This document shows positions 1-7,841 of a stretch of 44,934 bases of DNA, piece after piece. How positions within the stretch are numbered: position 1 is the stretch's first letter; each line of letters opens with the position of its first letter. The notes under the pieces were generated by a model that was not told the origin of the DNA, did no database searches, and was given only the letters and a program-made list of their open reading frames with translations. A program made the position numbers and the translations under genes. Source of the stretch: Chloroflexota bacterium (GTDB taxonomy: Bacteria > Chloroflexota > Limnocylindria > Limnocylindrales > CSP1-4); contig JBEPUS010000002.1 in NCBI GenBank assembly GCA_041691435.1, positions 1 through 44,934 of the forward strand, read 5' to 3'.

Positions 1-1925
1 GCTACCGACAGTGTGTACGTCCCGGCCGCGAGGGTCGTATCGGCGACAAAGTGGCCGGGCTCCAGCTGGCGGGGATCAAGGCTCGAGGCCGCGCCGCCCG
101 CCGGCCCGAGGACCATGACGACTGTCTGGACCGGAAGCTCGTTGCCGGTCGCATCGAAGAAGGTGGCGTGGACCTCGTTGGGGCCGGCCGTGCCCGGATC
201 CAGGTAGACCTGGATCGTGCGGCCGGCGGACAGGTGCACGGTGTAGATCGTGGGCAAACCGGCGACCGCGTTCGTGTCGATCGTGGCGGGGGTCGTGCGC
301 GTCACGATTTCGAGGGGCACCTCCACCGAGGCGGCCCCTTGCACGCCCAGCGCCGTCGCCTGCCTGGCGCCGACGAGCGACTGGTGCGCGCCGCTCGCGC
401 CGCGGCCGCCCGGCGCGATCGACGGCAGGTCGAGGCGTGAGCTGCCCACGTCGGAGCGGCCCGGGAACGTGAAGCGCAGGGTCACGCCAGTGGCCGCGCC
501 GAGCGGGGCACCCGTGTCGTAGTCCGTGACGGTGGCCTTGAAGGTGTTGATCCCGGCGGTCCCCGGTGCCACATCCAGGCGCAGCTTCAGCGAGGTGCCG
601 AAGTCCGAGCCGGCCAGGATCACCGGGCTGGCAACCACCGGGGACACGGCAGCGCCGGCCGCGGCCTCGGAGGGCGGAGCCAGGTTGACGAGCGACGCCG
701 AGAGGAGCAGCACTGTGCTGCCGACCAGGAGCTCCGTCGACCCGATTCGGCGCAGGCCGGTCAGCGCTCGCCCGGCGGCCGGGACATGGCGGAACTGGTT
801 GACAGCCCCCAGCACGGCCAGCACGCCGAGCAGGGCGGTCTTGGCGGTGACCAGGTGCCCGAAGTCCGAGGAGAGCAGGTTGTCGATCGTGCCGACCTCG
901 GAGATCGCGCGGAGCAGCCCGGTGACCGCAACGGTCGCGATGCCGACGGTGGCCAGCCGCGAGAAGCGTCTCGCCAGCCGGGCGGATGTCTCGCCGGGCT
1001 CGCCCCGCAGGTTGACGAGCAGGCCCAGCAGGCCACCCAGCCAGAACCCGACCGCAACGACATGCAGGACCTGCACGGGGGCGTCGACGAATGGATCCGA
1101 CCCGGCCGCCGCATGGCCGAACGCGACGTCGGCCACCATGCCACCGGCAGCGCCCAGGCCGGCCACGGCGAGCGCGACCCGTTGCCGCCCGCGGCGGAGC
1201 TCGAGGAGCAGCACGGCGATCCCGGCGACGAGCAGTGGCAGGGTCCGGGCGATGATCGCCGGCCCGAACGACGTGTTGAAGGCCTGGTCCAGGTCGACCC
1301 CGGCGTCGCCGAGCTCGAAGCCCACGACGAGCGCGGTCCCGGCCGTGGCGGTGATCCAGGCGACCGGCATGACCCGGCGAACCGAGACCGGCGAGCCGTG
1401 CGCGACGAGCGCGCCGAAGACGGCCAGGCCCAGCAGCCCCACGAGTCCGAGGTAGAGCAGCCAGCGGCCGGCGATCGCCCCGGCGGGTGCGGACGACGTC
1501 ACGGTCGCAGACGAGGAGGCGGATTCGGCGGCCGGGGGAGCGACCCCGATCCCGAATGCGAACGAACCGGTCGCCAGGTGGCCATCGACAGCCGAGACCG
1601 TTCGCCAGGCAACGGTGTACACACCGTCCGGGAGGTTGGGCTTGAGCGGCACCGCCAGCTCCAGCGGATTGCCGGCGACGGCCGCCGTCGAAGCGGAGGT
1701 GACCGAGGCGCCCGTGGTGTCGAGCACCTTGATCGTGGACAGGTTGGCGTCGGGGCGCTCGCCAAAGATGATCGAGACCTGGCTGGGTGGGGTGGTCACG
1801 GTTGAGCCGGCACCCGGCTTGCTCGTCTGGGGCAGCGCGTGGGCCAGGGCGGCCGTGGGCAGGGCCAGCGCCGCAGCCAGCCCGAGGACTGCCGCCACGC
1901 GAAGGACCCTGGCCGGTGCGTTCAC
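1..1925 (-). CDS. Copper resistance CopC-CopD fusion protein (YcnJ-like); C-terminal end cut by the window edge
   Basis: Not in the ORF track because it has no stop inside the window. My minus-strand translation from GTG 1925 gives a signal peptide ending ALA|H. A CopC domain follows (..VYTVAWRTVSAVDGHLATGSFAFGIG, with D-x-H), then multiple hydrophobic helices typical of CopD, then a beta-rich C-terminal domain (..VHATFFDATGNELPV..). The frame is open to position 1. The + ORFs 526..1455 and 786..1805 are its antisense shadows. Confidence 0.85.
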   Translation of the reverse strand, partial: MNAPARVLRVAAVLGLAAALALPTAALAHALPQTSKPGAGSTVTTPPSQVSIIFGERPDANLSTIKVLDTTGASVTSASTAAVAGNPLELAVPLKPNLPDGVYTVAWRTVSAVDGHLATGSFAFGIGVAPPAAESASSSATVTSSAPAGAIAGRWLLYLGLVGLLGLAVFGALVAHGSPVSVRRVMPVAWITATAGTALVVGFELGDAGVDLDQAFNTSFGPAIIARTLPLLVAGIAVLLLELRRGRQRVALAVAGLGAAGGMVADVAFGHAAAGSDPFVDAPVQVLHVVAVGFWLGGLLGLLVNLRGEPGETSARLARRFSRLATVGIATVAVTGLLRAISEVGTIDNLLSSDFGHLVTAKTALLGVLAVLGAVNQFRHVPAAGRALTGLRRIGSTELLVGSTVLLLSASLVNLAPPSEAAAGAAVSPVVASPVILAGSDFGTSLKLRLDVAPGTAGINTFKATVTDYDTGAPLGAATGVTLRFTFPGRSDVGSSRLDLPSIAPGGRGASGAHQSLVGARQATALGVQGAASVEVPLEIVTRTTPATIDTNAVAGLPTIYTVHLSAGRTIQVYLDPGTAGPNEVHATFFDATGNELPVQTVVMVLGPAGGAASSLDPRQLEPGHFVADTTLAAGTYTLSV

Positions 1926-1931
1926 CTGGTC

Positions 1932-2678
1932 TCAGCCTGCCGGGCGCCGGCCGCGGGTCGCCACTGCGAGCGCGGCCAGGCCGATGATCACGCCGGCGGC
2001 GCCGATCACACCGCCGACGAGCAGGGCGTTGTTCGCGGCGCTCTTGGCGCTGGCGGCAGCGCCCCTGGCGGCATCGATCTCGGCCGAGACGGGCTCCGAG
2101 CTCGGCGCGCCGGCCCCAGCCGATGGGGGCGGGCTGCCGAGCGCGCTGATCCGGGCGTCGATCCGGTCGAGGCGGGTGATCAGGTCGGTCAGCGCCGGAA
2201 GCTGGTTCGGGAACTGGATGGGGGTCGCCGCGACGGCCGAGTTGAAGGTCGAGTCGCTCGATGCCGCCGTCTCGTCGACCGGCGTCCCGTCGATCGAGCC
2301 GGTCAGGTGGAACGTGTAGTCGCCGGGGGCCGTCGGGATGATCGGGGCCTCGTAGTCGCCGGCCACGCCCAGGCCGGTGTCAGGATCGAACGTGTTGAGC
2401 AGGTTGAGCGGGTCGGAGGTCTTGCCGCCCACGCTCACGGTCACCTTGAGGTCGCCGTCGTTCAGGTCCGTGACCGGCTTGCCGGCCGCGTCCTTGATCA
2501 CCACCTGGACGGCGTTCTGCTCGCCCACGTAGGTGGGCTCATGGAGCCAGCCCAGGGCGACGCTGTACGTGCCAAATGTCTTGACGACATGGGCATTCGC
2601 GATGCCCGTCACGAAGAGCAGGGCGATGGTCGACGCGGCGCAGGCGATGCCCACGCGCCGAGATCGAGCGAGGTGCAT
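1932..2678 (-). CDS. Secreted, C-terminally membrane-anchored protein, YcnI/DUF1775-like putative copper-binding protein
   Basis: Signal peptide with ANA|HVV cleavage motif, so the mature N-terminus is His. Beta-rich body, Ala/Ser/Pro linker and a C-terminal TM helix followed by RGRRP. RBS GGAGGA 5 nt upstream of the ATG. It lies 6 nt upstream of the CopCD start, as in the ycnI-ycnJ arrangement. Confidence 0.7.
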   Translation of the reverse strand: MHLARSRRVGIACAASTIALLFVTGIANAHVVKTFGTYSVALGWLHEPTYVGEQNAVQVVIKDAAGKPVTDLNDGDLKVTVSVGGKTSDPLNLLNTFDPDTGLGVAGDYEAPIIPTAPGDYTFHLTGSIDGTPVDETAASSDSTFNSAVAATPIQFPNQLPALTDLITRLDRIDARISALGSPPPSAGAGAPSSEPVSAEIDAARGAAASAKSAANNALLVGGVIGAAGVIIGLAALAVATRGRRPAG

Positions 2679-2770
2679 GGTGGTCCTCCAGGGTGGCCTG
2701 GTCGAGCTGACCGGCCGGGCGCTATCTCAGGTGGAGCAGGTCACGGGCGCGACGTCGGCGCCGGTGCGGC

Positions 2771-3427
2771 TCAGGCGAGAGCGCTGCGGGGTGGAGCCCG
2801 CCCGGAGATCTGGTTGCCGGTGGTGGATGCATGGCTGCGATCGAGCCACGGCAGGCCCTGGCGGATGACGGCCGTCGGTCGTTGCTGGAGACGGGCGCGC
2901 GCGGCTTCGATCCGGGCGACGAGCACGTCGCGCCGCCAGCGATACAGGCCGTCGACAAGCGCCGCCAGGAACGAGATGGCTGCGAAGACGGCGAGGACCG
3001 AGTGGTATTGGACCGAACCGAGGACGGCCAGGCCCGGCGCCGGCAGGCCGACCGAGAGGTGCTCAAGGTTCTCGACCACGACGAACAGGAGCAGGGCGAC
3101 CGGCAGGATCAGCAGCCACGCTCGAAACACGTGACCGGCCAGGTCCGCCGGCCGGCCCTCGCGCACCGAGATGTCGCCGGCATCGAGGCTGCGGGCCAGC
3201 GTCGACAGCCCGACCAGCCGGAACGCGCCGGCAGCGGCCAGGGCCACGGCCAGCGTGGCGACCACGATCACGGTCCCCGTCCACTGGTCGCCATGCCCGG
3301 TGCGGGCCAGGGCCAGCTCGAAGGATCCGCCGTCGGTCAGCAGGAAGACCGTGTCGTGGGCCAGGACGAAGGCGACCGCGACGAGGGCCGCCAGCCGGAA
3401 CCGATCGCGCCAGGATCCCAGGATCAT
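2771..3427 (-). CDS. Hypothetical integral membrane protein (about 4 TM helices, His at helix ends)
   Basis: 218-aa ORF with hydrophobic helices (AALVAVAFVLAH, VIVVATLAVALAAAGAF, WLLILPVALLLFVVV, VLAVFAAISFLAALV). Same strand as, and located between, the HK-RR operon and the copper genes. I recognise no family. Confidence 0.6.
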   Translation of the reverse strand: MILGSWRDRFRLAALVAVAFVLAHDTVFLLTDGGSFELALARTGHGDQWTGTVIVVATLAVALAAAGAFRLVGLSTLARSLDAGDISVREGRPADLAGHVFRAWLLILPVALLLFVVVENLEHLSVGLPAPGLAVLGSVQYHSVLAVFAAISFLAALVDGLYRWRRDVLVARIEAARARLQQRPTAVIRQGLPWLDRSHASTTGNQISGRAPPRSALA

Positions 3428-3488
3428 CGGCTCACTCTACGCGACCTCCTGGGGTTTCGCCCTCGATCGTTCATCGCCCGGGGCGGGG

Positions 3489-4580
3489 TCAGGCCGGCAG
3501 CGCGAACCAGAAGCGGGTGCTGCCGTCGCTCGACTCGGCACCAACCCGGCCGCCGGCCGCCTCGATCAGCTGCTGGACGATCGAGAGGCCAATGCCCGCC
3601 CCGCCGTGGACCCGATCGCGCGACTTGTCGACCCGGTAGAAGCGTTCAAAGACATGGGCAATCTCATCCGCGGGAATCCCGTCCCCGCTGTTGACGATGC
3701 TCACCAGGATGTCGGCGGGCCGGCGCTCGGCTTTGACGACGACCCGGCCGCCGGCCGGCGTGTAGCGGGTCGCGTTCTGGAGGAGGTTCCCCAGGACCTG
3801 GGCCAGCGCGTCGGGGTTGGCTCGGGCCGGCAGGCGGTCGGGCAGCTCGAGTTGCACGCTCAGGCCGGCTCGCTCGAGACCCGGCGAGGCAAGGTCCACG
3901 GCCACCCGGATGGCCGCGACGATGTCGACCTCGGCCAGTGCCTCGCGCTGGTGGCCGGCGTCACCCGCGGCGAGCGTATCGAGCGATGCGGCGAGGCGGA
4001 CCAGGCGCTCGGCCTCGTCCCAGAGCGAATCGAAGGTGGCCCGATCCGGCGCGATCACGCCGTCGCGCATCGCTTCGAGGTAGCCCTGCAGGTTGGTCAG
4101 TGGTGTCCGCAGCTCGTGGGCCGCATTGGCGATGAACTCGCGGCGCATTCGCTCCTGCTCCTCCAGGCTGGCGGCCATCTGGTTGAAGGAATCCGCGAGG
4201 CTGGCGATCTCTTCTGGTCCGCGCCGGGGCACGCGGACCGCGTAGTCGCCGGCGGCAACCGTGCGGGCCGCGGCGCCGATCTCGGCAAGGGGCCGGGCAA
4301 GGCGCCGGCCAAGCAGGACCGCCATGACGACGCCGGCGAGGATCGCCGCTCCGATCGCGGCCAGCAGGACCACCGTGATCGACTGGTCGAACATCGCGTG
4401 GGCCGCTTCCGGCGTTCCTCCATGCTTCGTCATCAGGTCGGCGAAGGCGGACGCGCCCACCACGAGCACCCCGAACGAGACGATTCCCACTCCAAGGGCC
4501 GTCGTCAGCACTGCCGCGATCGCGATCCGGGCGCCAACACTCCGCGACCAGGCGGCCAGGGAGACGCGCAGTCGGTTCAT
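3489..4580 (-). CDS. Sensor histidine kinase (2 TM, ~20-aa external loop, HAMP, HisKA, HATPase_c)
   Basis: H-box AAHELRTPLT, HAMP after TM2, and an N/G-box region (NLLQNATRYTP, GGAGIGLSIV). Its ATG overlaps the RR stop (ATGA at 4577-4580). Confidence 0.9.
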   Translation of the reverse strand: MNRLRVSLAAWSRSVGARIAIAAVLTTALGVGIVSFGVLVVGASAFADLMTKHGGTPEAAHAMFDQSITVVLLAAIGAAILAGVVMAVLLGRRLARPLAEIGAAARTVAAGDYAVRVPRRGPEEIASLADSFNQMAASLEEQERMRREFIANAAHELRTPLTNLQGYLEAMRDGVIAPDRATFDSLWDEAERLVRLAASLDTLAAGDAGHQREALAEVDIVAAIRVAVDLASPGLERAGLSVQLELPDRLPARANPDALAQVLGNLLQNATRYTPAGGRVVVKAERRPADILVSIVNSGDGIPADEIAHVFERFYRVDKSRDRVHGGAGIGLSIVQQLIEAAGGRVGAESSDGSTRFWFALPA

Positions 4581-5326
4581 CCCGCAGTGCCCGCCGGCGT
4601 CCGCTCGGTGGCCCGGTAGCCCACGCCGCGCACCGTCGCGATGAACCGCGGCTCCGCCGCCATGTCGTCGAGCTTGTCGCGCAACCGCCCGATGTGGACG
4701 TCGATCGTGCGCTCGAGGACGGCCTCGGCATCCAGGCCGTAGATCGCGTCGAGGAGCTGGTCGCGGGTCAGCACCCGGCCATCAGCATCGAGCAGGGCGA
4801 TGAGCAGTCGGAACTCAATGGCGGTGAGCGTGATCGGGTGAGCGGCCAGGGTGACGGAGTGCCGCTCGCGATCGACGCTGAGCTGACCGTGGGTGAGCCG
4901 CCCGGGCTCCGGGCTGCCGGCCGGGGCGGGCGACCCAGCCTGCCGGGAGCGGGCCAGCACCCGCCCGACCCGCACGACGAGCTCGGCCGGCGAGAAGGGC
5001 TTCGGCAGGTAGTCGTCGGCGCCCAGGCCCAGGCCGGCAATGCGATCGCCGGTCGTGCCCCGCGCGGAGAGGATGATGATCGGCGTATCGCCGCTCGCCC
5101 GGATGGCCCGGACCACGTCGAGCCCGTCGACCTCGGGCAGCATCAGATCCAGGACCACGAGGGCTGGGTGTTCGCGGGCGACGGCCTCGATTGCCGCCTG
5201 GCCGTCGCCGGCCTCGATGACCCAGTAGCCTTCGCGCTCGAGGTACGCCCGCACGAGCCGAACGATCTTCGCGTCGTCATCGACGACAAGAATCGGCCGG
5301 GTCGAATCGGGCGGCATGGCAGGCAT
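4577..5326 (-). CDS. OmpR/PhoB-family response regulator
   Basis: Receiver domain (ILVVDDD.., LDLMLPEVDG, PIIILSA) plus a winged-helix C-terminus (..FIATVRGVGYR). I prefer ATG 5326 (MPAMPPDSTRPILVVDDD) to the track start at 5422; ATG 5317 is also possible. Confidence 0.88.
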   Translation of the reverse strand: MPAMPPDSTRPILVVDDDAKIVRLVRAYLEREGYWVIEAGDGQAAIEAVAREHPALVVLDLMLPEVDGLDVVRAIRASGDTPIIILSARGTTGDRIAGLGLGADDYLPKPFSPAELVVRVGRVLARSRQAGSPAPAGSPEPGRLTHGQLSVDRERHSVTLAAHPITLTAIEFRLLIALLDADGRVLTRDQLLDAIYGLDAEAVLERTIDVHIGRLRDKLDDMAAEPRFIATVRGVGYRATERTPAGTAG

Positions 5327-5415
5327 CGTAGTCAGGCCGTCATGACGGCGTCGTGACAGTGGCCGGGGCCCAGCATCGGAGCGTGCCGCCGATCGATCCG
5401 ATGCCCGGATGTTTC

Positions 5416-5583
5416 CTGTCAAATTCCAGCCACCAGGACGGTATGGCCAGTCGCCGCCTTAAGTCCGCCACGAATTTGGGTCGCCTGCCGTTCTGGCTGC
5501 ACGGTGCAGGCAGGCGAGCGCTCGGGACGGGCCCAGATTGGCCCGCCATCGACCATACGGTCCTCGTGGCTGGAATCTGTCAG
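5416..5583. repeat. 168-bp imperfect palindrome (31-bp arms, 27/31; central hairpin 5482-5516)
   Basis: Arm 1 is ctgtcaaattccagccaccaggacggtatgg. The reverse complement of arm 2 is ctgacagattccagccacgaggaccgtatgg. Confidence 0.85.
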
Positions 5584-5692
5584 CAAGCCAACCCAGCGAG
5601 CAGGCCCCGAGCCGGGCAGCCCGGCCGTCGAGCCGGACGCGCATCGGGCTTCGACATGCGGTTGTCATGGAGCCGCGCTACGGTGGACAGCC

Positions 5693-7462
5693 ATGAGCAC
5701 CACGACGCCCCAAATCGCGAGCCGCCTGCGGGCCGCATGGCCACCCGCCCTGGCCGGGCTTGCGGCCGGTGCCACCGCTCTCGCCGTCGGCGAGGTGATC
5801 GCCGGCGTCGTCCGGGATGCGCCGTCGCTCGTCACGGCGGTGGGCTCGATGGTCATCGCCCTGCAGCCGTCGGGGGCGAAGGACTTGATGGTCCATCTCT
5901 TCGGCGCGAACGACAAGCTGGTCCTCAACCTGTCCGTCCTCGTGGTGGCCCTGGTCGTGGCCACGGCAACCGGGATCATCGCAGCCCGTCGCTTCCAGAC
6001 GGGAGCCTGGATCTTCGTCGGCTTTGGCGTTCTCGCGGGCTTCGCAGGCTACGAGGAGCCGCTCAGCTCGCGCGTCTTTGCAATCGTCGTCCCGATCGTC
6101 GCCGTCGGGGCCGGTCTTGCGGTCCTGAACGGCCTGCTGGCGCTCGTGCCGGGCTCGTCGGTCGCGGAGAGCCGTCGAGCGACTGGCAGCCGGGGGACGT
6201 CCGGGACCGATCCCGACGAACGACCCGTCTGGAAGCCGTCCGACGATCCCGCGGCGCGCCGGGCGGCCCTGGTCCAGAGCGCCGCGAGTCGCACCGCTCC
6301 CGCGCGTCGCCGGCCGCGCAAGGGGACGCGCCCGGCCGCAACTGCCCGCGAAGCGGCGACCTCGACCGGCGCCGAGTGGACCCGGCGCAGGTTCCTGATC
6401 GCCAGCGCGGGCACGCTCGGAACGGCCGTCGTGGCCGGGGCCGTAGGGCGCTCGCTGGTCAACGGGCAGCATCCGACCGGCGCCGTGAGCACATCGCGCC
6501 TGCCGGCGACCCTCAACCCGGTCCCGCCGCTCACGTCCCAGGAGTATTTCACGCTGACCGGACTGACCCCGATCGTCATGCCAAACAACCAGTTCTACAA
6601 GATCGACACGACGCTGCTCACCCCGCAGGTCGATGCCAACGCGTGGCAGCTCGACGTAAAGGGCATGGTCAACCATCCCCTGACGTTCACGTATGACGAC
6701 CTGCTGGCGATGCCGCTCTTCGAGCAGTACGTGACCCTGGCCTGCGTCAGCAACGACGTGCCCCAGGCCAACCAACCCGGCCTGAACCTCGTCGGCAACG
6801 CGCTGTGGACCGGCGTGAAGCTCAAGGACGTCCTGAACAATGCTGGGATCCAGGCTGGGGCGACCCAGATCGTCGGTCGTTCCGTCGATAACTTCACGGT
6901 CGGCTTCCCGACCGACTGGGCCATGGCCCCGGAGCGCGAGCCGATGATCGCCGTCGGCATGAACGGCGTCCCGCTGCCGGCCGACCATGGCTTCCCGGCC
7001 CGGCTCATCGTGCCCGGCCTCTACGGCTATGTCTCGGCGACGAAGTGGCTGGCGTCGATCGAGCTCACGACGCGGGATGCCGTGGACGGCTACTGGATCC
7101 CGCTCGGCTGGGCCAAGGACGGCCCGATCCTGACCCAGTCCCGGATCGACGTGCCCCAGGGCGGGGCCAGCCTGGCTGCCGGCCGGGTCAACCTCGCCGG
7201 TGTCGCCTGGGCACCCGATCGGGGAGTCCAGGGCGTCGAGGTCAGCATCGATGCCGGCGCATGGCAGCCTGCCCAGATCAGCCAGCCGATCTCGAAGGCG
7301 ACCTGGGTCCACTGGCTGCTGCCCTGGCAGGCCGCCAGCGGCCAGCATTCGATCGAGGTTCGGGCGACCGACGGGACGGGCGTGGTGCAGACGGCCGAGA
7401 TGAGCGACCCGGCACCCGATGGTGCTCGCGGCCATCACCGGATCACCGTGACGGTGGGCTGA
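5693..7462 (+). CDS. Polytopic molybdopterin-dependent oxidoreductase (sulfite-oxidase/YedY-like catalytic domain fused to an N-terminal membrane domain)
   Basis: From ATG 5693 (MSTTTPQIASRL): four hydrophobic helices, a charged linker, an internal TRRRFLIASAGTLGTAVVAG twin-arginine motif plus helix, then a Moco-domain sequence (QFYKIDT.., LACVSN.., GFPARLIVPGLYGYVSATKW) and an Ig-like dimerisation domain. The upstream part of the track ORF (5504-5692) looks non-coding. Confidence 0.85.
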   Translation: MSTTTPQIASRLRAAWPPALAGLAAGATALAVGEVIAGVVRDAPSLVTAVGSMVIALQPSGAKDLMVHLFGANDKLVLNLSVLVVALVVATATGIIAARRFQTGAWIFVGFGVLAGFAGYEEPLSSRVFAIVVPIVAVGAGLAVLNGLLALVPGSSVAESRRATGSRGTSGTDPDERPVWKPSDDPAARRAALVQSAASRTAPARRRPRKGTRPAATAREAATSTGAEWTRRRFLIASAGTLGTAVVAGAVGRSLVNGQHPTGAVSTSRLPATLNPVPPLTSQEYFTLTGLTPIVMPNNQFYKIDTTLLTPQVDANAWQLDVKGMVNHPLTFTYDDLLAMPLFEQYVTLACVSNDVPQANQPGLNLVGNALWTGVKLKDVLNNAGIQAGATQIVGRSVDNFTVGFPTDWAMAPEREPMIAVGMNGVPLPADHGFPARLIVPGLYGYVSATKWLASIELTTRDAVDGYWIPLGWAKDGPILTQSRIDVPQGGASLAAGRVNLAGVAWAPDRGVQGVEVSIDAGAWQPAQISQPISKATWVHWLLPWQAASGQHSIEVRATDGTGVVQTAEMSDPAPDGARGHHRITVTVG

Positions 7463-7841
7463 GCCACTCCCGGCGAACCTCGCCTGCGGTGGGCTCCGGC
7501 CGGACCACCGGCAGGTCCGTCCGCCGGCGCAGGTGGAACGAGACGCCGTACGCAGCGCCGGTCTCGAAATCCACCCGGGGCATGGCCGTGAGCCGCCATT
7601 CTTCGGTGCCCACGATGATCCAGCGGGCGAGCGGCCGATGCTCGGCAAGGACAGCGTCGAGCACGTCGAACGCCTCGGCCGGCAGGCTGATCATCGTCTC
7701 CCGCGCCGGCATGCCCACGCAGTGCTGGCCGAACATTGCGACGAACGCCGGGTTGCCGTAGACGACCAGGTGGCCGGATCCAAGGCACATGCCCGCCGGT
7801 CGCTCGCCGGCCGACCGCAGCGTGGCCGAGCTTTCGGTCAT
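7443..7841 (-). CDS. Hypothetical small protein (weak PAS-like motif VVYGNPAFVAMFG)
   Basis: 132-aa ORF whose ATG overlaps the stop of the upstream TetR gene (ATGA at 7838-7841). Its 3' end overlaps the convergent Moco gene by 20 nt. I recognise no family. Confidence 0.55.
   Translation of the reverse strand: MTESSATLRSAGERPAGMCLGSGHLVVYGNPAFVAMFGQHCVGMPARETMISLPAEAFDVLDAVLAEHRPLARWIIVGTEEWRLTAMPRVDFETGAAYGVSFHLRRRTDLPVVRPEPTAGEVRREWLSPPSR

Noticed and set aside
526-1805. Long + strand ORFs 526..1455 (309 aa) and 786..1805 (339 aa).
   Set aside because: Their translations are Arg/Pro/Ser/Gly/Asp-rich with no motifs. The opposite strand encodes a clean CopC-CopD protein, so these are antisense shadow ORFs typical of high-GC DNA.
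5416-5583. Molybdenum-cofactor (Moco) riboswitch upstream of the Moco enzyme gene.
   Set aside because: This was tempting because of the downstream gene. I could not find the conserved Moco-motif elements I remember on the + strand. The only CCGAGC-like match is on the opposite strand, and the element ends 110 nt before the start codon. It needs a covariance-model search to settle.
5678-7648. 656-aa minus-strand ORF across the Moco oxidoreductase gene.
   Set aside because: Low-complexity R/G/D/P-rich translation. It is antisense to a well-supported Moco enzyme gene.
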